From Minutocellus sp. GHC0000111 (taxonomy: Eukaryota): 64,000 nt of DNA. The stretch is from NCBI GenBank assembly GCA_977018835.1, contig OZ361257.1:2170001-2234000 (forward strand), given 5' to 3'. A program made the translations under genes and the position numbers. The notes under the pieces are model-generated. The model saw only the letters and a program-made list of their open reading frames with translations, ran no database searches and was not told the origin of the DNA. Positions 1 through 9,800 of the stretch are shown piece after piece; the stretch's first letter is position 1, and each line of letters starts with the position of its first letter.

Positions 1-343
1 TGCCCTCGCTACTGGCAGCAACGGCCGACATGGGGATCACTATGCTTGCGGTGGTATGGCAGCGAGAGTGAGAGCAAAGAAAATGAGGCAAGATGGTTCT
101 GTCCGTCCGTCGATAATAAGCAGGCTTTCGGCCGCCGTTTCCAGCATGATGGCGACTTTCCAGCCGACTGATACTCGTGGCATCGCGTGTTGGGTGAGCA
201 GCGGCAGTACCATACCATCAACGCAACAGCAAGGGGGCGGGGGACACCACCGAGGCGCTCGATCTTGATCTACCGTGATTGAATATCGAAGCGGTCAAAA
301 CTCGCACGCATTACAACGACAAACAACACTCGGCTCGGTGAAA

Positions 344-652
344 ATGCCTCAGTCGAACGAAGTTGTCAACCTATGGATGTACTTCGACGAATGGTCCAGG
401 TGCATATCGTCAGGATATCAGAAGGATCACCTGTATCGATTTGGCAAGTTCGATGCCTGCTCCCCACAATATGCCGACTTGAAGATTGCCGTGAGCGCTA
501 AGATGAAATCAGATGAGGAGGAAGCCCGGACGTTGGAGGCGACGACTCATTATCGGAGAGTACGGTTGGGCAGTTCCAAGGAAACATCACCGACGGCTGG
601 GGTTATATGGGAGCTGAAGGAACCAACTGGATGGGACGTACATGAGGAGTAA
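344..652 (+). CDS. DUF3128 / Emi1 / C22orf39-like small protein
   Basis: ORF from ATG 344 with the pattern FDEWSRC...QKDHLYRFGKFDACSPQYADLK and a C-terminal VIWELK, recalled from this family. Confidence 0.7.
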   Translation: MPQSNEVVNLWMYFDEWSRCISSGYQKDHLYRFGKFDACSPQYADLKIAVSAKMKSDEEEARTLEATTHYRRVRLGSSKETSPTAGVIWELKEPTGWDVHEE

Positions 653-728
653 GCAACGCAGTCATGCTAAACCACCGAAACGCAGACATGATTTTTCTAC
701 AGTGTACAACTGGCTTTCGTTACAAATA

Positions 729-1368
729 TTAGATCAAGTTATTGTCCTGCTTGACCGAGGCATACTTCTCGGGTTCGGCCTTTTCCAGCGGGCTGGCCCT
801 GGCCCATTCCTGAATTTGTTCCACGACACCAGCGCCGCCTTCTCTCTTCATTTCGTCCGGAACATCGGAACGTAACGTAATGACGTTGAATATATCAATG
901 GTCTCGAGATTGACAAATTGCTCGAATTGGTCCAGCTCGTCGGCGCCAAGGCTGTGAACGTTCTGGTTGGCCCACGTGCCAAGGAGGAGATCCACCTCCA
1001 ACCAACCCCTCTGCTTGGCCCGGTACACCAACCTCTTTCGTCGGACGTCGAGCTCCATCTCTTCCTTGCTGCCGGCAGCTGAGGCGGTACCATCGGGGAG
1101 ATTGTGCGACGGAAATGTCGTCGAGCTTCGGCAGCCGTACGTGGCGCTCATAGATGGCATCGGCACGAGGTTGGGCGACCGAGAGCAATTCCTGCTCCTT
1201 GGCAGAGAGGGTGGTTTCCATCTCTCCCGAGTCTCCTCGGTACCACCTCTTGGTCATGGCTGCTGCGTCGTGATCATTTGCAAAGCTGGAAGACGGCAAA
1301 CCACTACGCAAAACTGTACCACGACGCGCCACGGCCTGCAGGCCACTACGAAAGGGGATAAGAGTCAT
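729..1368 (-). CDS. SDHAF2: Succinate dehydrogenase assembly factor 2 (Sdh5), mitochondrial; apparent 1-nt frameshift near 1100-1117
   Basis: RKRLVYRAKQRGWLEVDLLLG Sdh5 signature in ORF 729-1166. The Arg/Ser-rich presequence is in a different frame (ORF 895-1368). One extra base joins them and no intron is evident. Confidence 0.85.
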
Positions 1369-1690
1369 GTTTTGGTTTGTTGCCAGCTAAGGGAATGCAA
1401 CTTTGACTTGAATTTTTGCTTCGAATATCGGTCGAAGGGGCAGCTGCTGCAGTCTGCATGGCGCTTTTGCTCGGCGTTCAGCAGCTTCGCGTTACCAGCT
1501 CAGACGGGACCAGCTTGTGACTGACTGACAATCGCGCGCATTCGCCATTATATTGAATGAAGTGAAGAAGGCTGATAGTGAAATACCGTCCCAGCTACCT
1601 CTCTCTCTGCTACTCTATCACGGTACTCTACTCCAGCAGACTGCGTAGCTAGATAGTATTCGTTAAAACTGACTTGCAGCAGCCGCAACC

Positions 1691-2164
1691 ATGCCACTCA
1701 AGAGAGCGTTACGGTCTACACCGGCGCTTGTTTTGGGCGTATCGGGGGCGTCTCAACTGGCTCAGTCCTTTTCACCACATAACAACCTCAGATCATCGAC
1801 CAAGCGTGCTGAACAGCTAGCTCGTACTACCACAGACACAATGGTAGCGGTGCGCGCAACCTCTGACTACTTATCTTCGCTTTCTTCGGCGTCAGAACGG
1901 AAACAAACTGTGGATGAAGCACATAAGCAATCACCAGTACCTGCGCTTGACCAACAAGACGAGGAGGACATACCCGACGATCATTACAGTAAGAACTATC
2001 CAAATGCAGGATGGCGAGGCTACGCCAATCCTCAATGGGGCGGATATTTCGATGCCCTGCCGAGCAATTGTCTGCAAGAGGGGAAGAAGTCTGAATATGG
2101 CGACGATATCAGATGGGGGGCTGAGGTTTATCTCAATTCGATAGAAGCGGGTGAAGGCAGCTAG
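1691..2164 (+). CDS. Hypothetical, probably plastid-targeted protein with repeated Y-[LF]-x-x-[LI] motifs
   Basis: Hydrophobic N-terminus, then AQS-FSP (ASAFAP-like); motifs SDYLSSL, GGYFDAL, EVYLNSI. Confidence 0.6.
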   Translation: MPLKRALRSTPALVLGVSGASQLAQSFSPHNNLRSSTKRAEQLARTTTDTMVAVRATSDYLSSLSSASERKQTVDEAHKQSPVPALDQQDEEDIPDDHYSKNYPNAGWRGYANPQWGGYFDALPSNCLQEGKKSEYGDDIRWGAEVYLNSIEAGEGS

Positions 2165-2341
2165 AGCTAATGAAGGAAATCGCACACATGTAATGATTTT
2201 GTCTCGAAATATTCGAGAAAGGCTGCCTCCGATGAAGTGGCAACAATTCCAAGTCTCAGGTGCATGCCGCTCATGATTAAGGGCGTGGCATAATCTAAGG
2301 AGTGCCCATTCGGTGCTATTGCTCGTCGTTTCTATTCAAAT

Positions 2342-3768
2342 TCATTTAGATAGCAGTTCAGCTTCATCCCCCCCAACCGCCAATGCACTGTTCATTTTAC
2401 TGGCTTCAGGAGCTTTTCTATTATCAGTTGAACTCGTTTGCCGTTGGCATTGTTGCGCCACAATTTCTTCTTTGACTTCCCGCACGGTCTCCAAAAATTT
2501 ACGTCCGAATACATCACTCGGCTCCAGCGTCATTCCCTCAGCCCATTCGTTCCAAGCATTCACCAAAATGAATTTGTCGTCACCCCGAGCATCTTTATGG
2601 ATACAGCAATATTCGTAATGCATTGCGGCCTTGAGAGAATCCCTGAATGTCGCCACCACTCCTTCACTATCCTTGTCGCTCAATATTCTAGCCTCCTCGA
2701 ATGATCGACGAGGTGTGTTATCGAATGACACGATGATGCCAGGTATTTCCGTTGAATGCTGTTGATCGCTGCGCTTGACGGCAATGTCCCTGCCGTTCGA
2801 GCTTGCTTCAACACACCAATCTGGGACAGTCAATGTCCTATTGGTCCACTCCGCTGGGTTTGGATAGGCCACCGTTCGATTGTAAGTATCAAATCCTTTG
2901 AAGCGCTGGATACCACGGAAGGGATAAAAGCTCTGGAGATCCGCATGGGGGCGGGTTAATCCGACGGTAAAATACATTCCATTAAATCCGTCCTTTATTG
3001 CGAGCCGACGGAACTCGTCAAGCACTGGCGCCGCCTTCGGCTTCTTTTGATAGAGCATGAACAGCGGCTGCCCATCAATTTTGATATAATTCTTGTGGTG
3101 GAAGAATCGTCGCAACCAGTTGTAATGCTCTTCAATTTTAGATTGTCCTTCGGCTTCATTTGGATCAGGAAATTTTGCAGTTGTAGGACACCATCTTTTG
3201 GTTGTTTCATATCACTGCCGTTTCCCCCAGAACTCTGCCACGTATTCACCCACTTCATGGCAGCCCAATGCAGACAAAATGGCACATCTGGTTCTCCATC
3301 CTTGAGCATCAACTCCAACGGTGTCTCCAGATTCGGCCCAGGATGTTCTTCGTCGTAAAACCAATAATGATGATAGGCAAAAGCGTCGATACCATATTCC
3401 CTGGCAAGCTCCCCTTGCTTTCGCCTAACGTCAGACGCCGTGTCTGACAAGTCATAATAACCAAGTTCCGTTGGTCTTGGAATTTGATACCCCAGTCGAT
3501 TCGTCTTGGGAGCTCGACGTAAGCTGTCCCAGTCAGTGAAATTCACCCCCCATAGGCGATCATTGATGGGATCTGGATGAAATTGGGGGAAATACAGGGC
3601 AAGTATACGCGGTAGCGACGGATGTGCTGCTGACGAATTTGTGTTCGTTCGTTGTTTGTTGCCCTGACCGAGTGCCAAATTATGACGGTGAAGAGAAAAT
3701 AACTGAAGATTGGTGAGGAACCAAAAGAGAGCCAGCGATCCCAAAATGATTGTTTGAATCCTCATCAT
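2342..3768 (-). CDS. WbsX-family (GH99-like) glycosyltransferase, type II membrane; frameshift near 3170
   Basis: ALYFPQFH, FTDW, P-ELGYYDL, YGIDAFAYHHYWF, NYIKIDGQP, FDNTPRR and VNAWNEWAEG motifs split over ORFs 2995-3768 and 2342-3115; the shift falls in an A/T run. Confidence 0.85.
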
Positions 3769-4049
3769 TTATTTGCGATCGACGGGTACTAGCTAGCTAC
3801 GTAGCTGCTCTAGTTACCGTAGTAGGAGCAGTTGCAGCATGCGGCCCCAGCGCGTCCCATGGCGCAGGGCGGCCGAAAAATGGACCCATCACGGTCGGGA
3901 CCCCAATGGCCTTATTACGTCATTTCAGAAACCAAGGCATCTTGAAGGTCAGATTCGTTCGACTGTAAAGGAAACCCGGCACTTTTTCCGGAAGAGTGCA
4001 AGACGCCGCCTGCGCTCTCGCTCGCGATCGCTCGCGATCGATCGCTCGG

Positions 4050-4430
4050 CTGCAAGTTCTTTCATCTTTTTGCTTCAATAAGCCCAAATAGTGCAGAGGT
4101 CTCTGTCTGAACGACACGTGCGATCGAAGTATAGTTTCAGAGATCTGCTCTGCATATCTCCTTACAACTGTATCTCAAATTATGTCGCGATAAGTCTCTC
4201 TGTTCGCAAGTTATTATACATGAATCTCCGCATTTCGCGCTTCGCTCCCTCCACGCAAGTTCTTCCATCGTTTTGCTACAATAAGCCCGAATTGTGCAGA
4301 GGTTACCATATGAACGGTGCAAGCTATCGAAGCATCGCCCCCGAGATCCGTTCTGCATATCATCCGATAGGCCTGTCTTTAATCATTTAGCGCTGATGTC
4401 TTCCGTTCGCAAGTAATTACATGCGAAAGT
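4050..4430. repeat. Two diverged tandem copies of a ~200-bp unit inside the TIR element
   Basis: Shared blocks gcaagttctt, caataagccc, gtgcagagg, tctgcatatc and gttcgcaagt recur about 205 bp apart. Confidence 0.75.
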
Positions 4431-4939
4431 CAGCTTGATGCAAGCATCGTCAAACAGCGTGAAACCGACGTCAACGGTGCATGTTCTACCCAACATATGC
4501 CGCCCGGTCTGACATACACCAAAAACAGCAACCGTTCCAAAGCAGTAGTGATATTGATGTGGGACGCAATATGTTTGAACTGACGACGTTCCGACCCTTT
4601 CTTTTCATGACACACCTGCCAGATAGACAAAGATTTATTGCTTCGTCCATGCCTGACATGCATGTGCCAGCATCATGCTTGTACGCAGCAGGCGTATCGG
4701 GAGCAACGGAGTAGCAAAAGGATAAGGCGCCAATATGAGACACGGAATTGAACGAAATGAGACTCGGCTTTGTTGCATAGATGGATTGAGTCCTTCACAC
4801 ACATGTGCATTTCTGGAAATGTCAAATCCGACACTCATGTTCTGGAATCCATGGGGCCACATCGCAGGTACAGGTACAGATAAAAAGAATCCGTACCAAA
4901 ATAAAAGGAATAAATACTAGTATCTAATTTAAACAGAAA

Positions 4940-5699
4940 TATCCATACTATTTCTTCTTGTTTTTTGCTCTTCTCTCCAAAGGAGGCATTTTGCGCTTAG
5001 CCTGGCTTGATTTCTCTGTGCCTGCTACGTTCGACGATGCCATGCCACCTTGGCTGTTGTTCCATCTCTCCTTGTCTTCGATGGAATCCTGTATCTCATG
5101 CAAAAGAGAATCGTACTGGTCGGCCTTGAGGGTTGGCTTGTCGGCCTGTGCCAGCAGTTGTGATGCAGGATGTACATGTTCTAAAAATGATATTTACATA
5201 ACAGACGATGCACATAACTCAGTGATTTGAATGCAAGAAACGCGACCGACAAAGCAAATAAATTAAAAGCAGCAAAACTTACTGCCAGCTTCGAGCTCGC
5301 GCTTGGGTGGCCACTCTGAGGCATGGAATATGCCCCTCCACCAAGCATCATTCCCATGCTAAAAGTAGGAGTTGCTTGTGCTAGTGTTGGCATGGCGGCA
5401 CCTTGCTTGTACTGCTGGACGGGACTCTTCGATAGTGATGGCATCACTGTCGCCATCGGCATGTGCATCGGCGGCACGTACTGCATCTGCTGCACATACA
5501 TGCTTTGCTGGTACTGCTGGTGCTGATGCTTGGCAACAACTTCAACTCCATTATTGCCACGGAGCATGCCGGAATGAGGGAGGTGCAACGAGGGAGTGTT
5601 CGAAGACGAAAGCGCACGCTCGACGTTCACGGAAGCTGGTTCAATCGATGATGCTACATGAGCCTTTGCGAATTCGCCTGCGGCATTACTGTCTACCAC
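4940..5699 (-). pseudogene. Q/M/P-rich gene fragment inside the TIR element with a probable intron at 5181-5282
   Basis: Low-complexity ORF 5181-5699; GTAAGT donor at 5282 and TTTTTAG acceptor at 5181; ends uncertain. Confidence 0.35.
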
Positions 5700-6293
5700 G
5701 TGGACGGTTTGCGACCCGTCGGCGGCCGCTCCAATGGACGAGGGACGAGGGGTCAGCGTCGTCCGATGCCTCGTCCGCCATGGACAGCGTCATGGTTACA
5801 GACGCTCAATCAGATCTCGCCGCCGGATAGTAACGACGGGGTGCCGAGCAGCCGTTGCGCTTATCACCAAGAGACGCAACAATAATACATGTAGCAATGA
5901 CATGAGAGGGAGAGGCGACTGCGAAGGTTGAATTCAAACGAAGAGGTGCTCAGAGCGCCGGCCGCCGCGCCCCGCGCGCGCCGGTTGGCCGAAGGGCGTT
6001 TCTGCAATGACGTAAAAAGGCCATTGGGGTCCCGACCGTGATGCTCGGCGAGTTTGCTCGCGGGACCGCCATCAAACCAACACCACAAGCGAGCCGCCGC
6101 GCAACCCGCCCGCTAACCGTCGCCGAACTGCCAAGCCGCCGCCGCCGGCGTTACAGCCGAATCTCTAAAACGAAGTAGGAAGAGTCGAACAAACAAGGGA
6201 GTCTGGCTCTTGGTGTGGGAAGGAGGACGTACTTCTTGCACCAATGGTACCGACAAGACCATAAGGAATTTGCTCGACTGGCGACTGCCGAAC

Positions 6294-7097
6294 ATGAAGA
6301 AATTCACACGACGACTTGCATCGATGTGTTGTTTCTTCGTTCTTCTTCTGCGCATTTTCAGTACCGAACAAAGACGAAATAATTCCATTCAGCAAGTTTT
6401 ATTGCCAATGGGACAGCAATTCGTCGATTCTATCCTGTCCTCAAATGCTGGTGGTAGTGCCGTTTTTGAGAAGGCCATTGATACCAAGGCCCAACAGTTG
6501 AGCGCGCAGAACTTGCGTTACTACATGTATGACGAACCAGAAATTACTTTGAAGGGATGGATATTCAAGCGGCACCCGGACAATTTTATTTTCTATCAGT
6601 CAAGGCGAGAGGGGTCCTGGTTCAATGCAACCATATATCGCCATGCGCCCATCACCAACATCACAAATTCCACCGGTTTGTTCCCGAAGAGTAGCATTGG
6701 ATTTGGACTGGAATCAGAGGACTGGTTTCGGCAATATAGAGACTCTAAATTCTGTTTGGTCGTAAGAGGCGACAATCCCATGACACACTCGCATTGGAGA
6801 GCAATACGAAACGGTTGCATTCCAGTCATTGCATCGGATTCCTTGCCAATATATTCCCCTCTTTTCAAGTCCACAATGAATGTCCTCGATTACGCCATCT
6901 TTGTAGGAGAAAGTGAACTTGTTGAGAATCCAGAAGGGGCTTTGCTCAAGCTGACCACAATGAGTGTTACCGATATTGAGACAAAGATTAGGCATTTGGA
7001 TTTCGCTCAACGAGTGATATTCACTGATCATCCCAACAGCTTGTTTGTGCCGGCGTTTTTGAGGGAGGCAACAAAGGCCACTGAAGTGAAGTTGTAG
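6294..7097 (+). CDS. Exostosin-family (GT47) glycosyltransferase, possibly internally shortened
   Basis: N-terminal TM anchor; YYMYD and SKFCLVVRGD...AIRNGCIPVIASD motifs. Confidence 0.8.
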   Translation: MKKFTRRLASMCCFFVLLLRIFSTEQRRNNSIQQVLLPMGQQFVDSILSSNAGGSAVFEKAIDTKAQQLSAQNLRYYMYDEPEITLKGWIFKRHPDNFIFYQSRREGSWFNATIYRHAPITNITNSTGLFPKSSIGFGLESEDWFRQYRDSKFCLVVRGDNPMTHSHWRAIRNGCIPVIASDSLPIYSPLFKSTMNVLDYAIFVGESELVENPEGALLKLTTMSVTDIETKIRHLDFAQRVIFTDHPNSLFVPAFLREATKATEVKL

Positions 7098-7137
7098 AGA
7101 CGGTGACACTTCCTAGATTTACTCAAACTTGCACTTT

Positions 7138-7730
7138 CACAGGCACAATGGTGCTCGTAACCTCTGACTACTTATCCTCGCTTTCTTCGGCATCAGAACG
7201 GAAAACGATGGATGAAGCACAATTGCCCGCGCTTGACCAACAAGACGAGGAGGACATACCCGACGATCATTACAGTAAGAACTATCCAAATGCAGGATGG
7301 CGAGGCTACGCAAATCCGCAATGGGGCGGATATTTGGATGCCCTGTCGAGCAATTGTCTACAAGAGGGGAAGAAGTCTGATTATGGCGACGATATCAGAT
7401 GGGGGGCTGAGGTTTATCTCAATTCGATAGAAGGATGAAGGCAGCTGAAGAAGCAAAAATTGTGATTTTGTCTCGAAATATTCCAGAAAGGCTGTGTTTG
7501 ATGATGGCGACGATATCAGAAAAGGTGCTGAGGTTTATCTTAATTCGATAGAATCGGCTGAAGGCAGCTGAAGAAGCAAAATACACGTAAAGATTTTGTC
7601 TCGAAATATTCGAGAAAGGCTGCGTTCGATAAATGTCTCCACTGCCAAATCTCAGGTGTGGGGATTATAGAAGAGTTGTGTTGCATAATCTAACTAATGT
7701 GTGACCATTTGGTGCTGGATCGTCGTTCTC
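7138..7730 (+). pseudogene. 5'-truncated duplicate of the gene at 1691-2164 plus its 3' flank (ORF 7148-7438), with an internal ~120-bp tandem duplication
   Basis: Near-identical to 1831-2333; lacks the targeting N-terminus; 7383-7503 is repeated at 7504-7630. Confidence 0.85.
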
Positions 7731-7870
7731 GTTTACATGTGCTCGAATTCATAATGTTGGCATCTATCTAAAGGAATGGCACGTGGGTGGCGATTGTGTA
7801 ATATAATTTCATGCTGCCATACGTGCAACGTGCAATGCGCCAATGTGCACCAAATGCCATATTGGTAGCT

Positions 7871-9504
7871 TCAAACTAGAGCCACCACCGCCAGAGTCGC
7901 CAAGGCAACCCCAGATTCTGGTAGGACGAAAGCGGAAGAAGACACGTCCGATGCGTCATCTCCAGCGCCTAAAGACTCATCGCCCCTGGACTTGTGGCGC
8001 AACAGCCAAGCTTTGAGCACGTCGGCTGCCATTGTAAGTGCAATGTTCCGGCCAGGACATACTCGGGTACCATCACCTGTTGGATTATAACCAATGCCAT
8101 TGTAGTTCAATATTTGTGACAGGAGATTGCTTCGCTTGTGGTCAAACTTTTGTGGATTCGGAAAGACCTTTGGGTCCAAGCTGCCAAGTCCGAGACTTGC
8201 AGCGACGACAGTGCCATTTGGGAAGATGATGGATTCTCCATTGACGTTGAATGGCGTTGGCTCTGACAGGATAATGTTGATATTGTTTACTGGAGATTTG
8301 ATTCTGCCAGCCTCGAGGACAGCAGCTTGATAATGAAAGAGGACGAAAGTCATTTAGTGTATCGCATTACAATGTAGGTAGAAGATGGATATTAAGTACT
8401 TGCAGCAAGGTACGAATCTCAATCCACACTTTGCAACTTACCTGCGATGTCGCCATGCTTACTTTCGTCAATTTGCATCATATAATCTCGTGGAATTTGC
8501 GTAAATAGGTTGTCTACCAAGTTCCGCCCACCTCCCAAGGCAGCGATCCCAAATATAGGCACAAGCTCATCGGCCCACTCCTTCTTGGATAGGTTGTTAT
8601 TTTTGTCCGATGGACTGTAATCAGCAAGTGACGGAGAATTTTGGATCAAACTACTGAGTTGTTCCTGCGCTTGTTTGATTCCGGCATACTGCTCTGGGCT
8701 GACAGGAGAAGGATCAAGAATTGCGGCAATGGCATATCCTGGGGTCTGCCACAGCCCTCGTAGGTTGGCAACAAGCTCATCATCGACTTCTACGTCGAAC
8801 AGTGCCTTCATCAGATATCGGCATGTAAATTCCTCAGAGAGTCGTTTGGTAACAGAAGGGTCTACATGTACGCCCTTGTCAATTCCACCGCTCTCACTGA
8901 TGACTTCAGAGACGAGGCGATCGACGTAGGAGGCAAGGGCCAGCTTCACATCTTCCTCCTGTTGGACTCGAATTTGTGCTTTGGCAATTGTATCGAACCA
9001 GATGAAGTCGTGAAGGGTCTGGTGGATGCCTGTTCTGCCGTCGTCAGTATCAGTTCCAGGGTCCGATAAGGATAGAAGGAAGTTTGGCGGCAGGCGATCT
9101 AGATTGATCCTCGCCCGTCCGAGGAAGGCACCTCGTACTTGCGATGACTGAATGATTTGCGTTACGTCGTTGTGCTCTCCAATGACGAGCCTACCCAAAC
9201 TCGCGAAGTTCCTCGTTGTCCCCCCACCACAGCTCTCGACGCGGCTGGTAAGGAATGCCAGCGGATCTTTATTGTACTGGACAAAGTCTTGCAGATAAAG
9301 GTTGTCGTTCATAGCTGCATTCTCCTCACTTGGATTGAGGATGTTGAAAAGCTGAATATCGCAAGATTTCTGTAGGTCAGAAGAAGGAGATCTGCCGCCA
9401 GTTACAGGCGCAATGCCTGTCGCTTCTACAGCGCCGGTAGTTACGCGGATGCCAATACATGATGCTACGACGAGCAGTCGTCCCCGTTGACTGAGAAGGC
9501 GCAT
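7871..9504 (-). CDS. CYP74-clan-like cytochrome P450 (fatty-acid hydroperoxide-metabolising type); exons 9504-8442 and 8325-7871
   Basis: ExxR (VLEAGR), DPKVFPNPQKF, extended heme loop YNGIGYNPTGDGTRVCPG, I-helix IAALGG lacking AGxDT; the phase-1 GT-AG intron 8326-8441 splices in frame. Confidence 0.85.
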
Positions 9505-9800
9505 TGCTCGGTCTACTCTTCGAAAAATCACTTGAGAGGAATTGCCCTATCTATTGCAGAAGCAGCAGAGCTGGTCACAGATGACAGAAATCTTCCAGAA
9601 TTTGCCCAAAGTTCCGGCCGGACGCGTCGCTCGCTGTCGCCACGCACTGGTACGTACGTAGCGTACTACGTAGTTCCGGTACGTACTAGTAATAGTACGC
9701 GCGCCAATGAATAATTTCGGTCTGTTTGTCGCCATTCTGGAATCGGCCGGAAGCAGCGATGAAAGGAGAAAAGGAGCAAGAGGAATGAGGCAGTGAGGCA

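Larger units (their letters stand above)
3887..6043. mobile_element. Non-autonomous DNA transposon-like element with terminal inverted repeats
   Basis: 3887-3932 matches the reverse complement of 5998-6043 at 44/46 nt. Core ends CACGG...CCGTG are flanked by AT on both sides. No transposase motif seen inside. Confidence 0.7.

Noticed and set aside
1..268. Short ORFs at the window start
   Set aside because: No motif; a minus-strand gene may start near 30 but too little sequence is visible
729..3768. Programmed ribosomal frameshifting in SDHAF2 or WbsX
   Set aside because: No slippery site plus structure seen, and similar lesions occur in many unrelated genes
7383..7630. Repeat-spacer appearance suggesting CRISPR
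   Set aside because: Only two ~120-bp units copied from a gene end, in eukaryotic DNA with no cas genes
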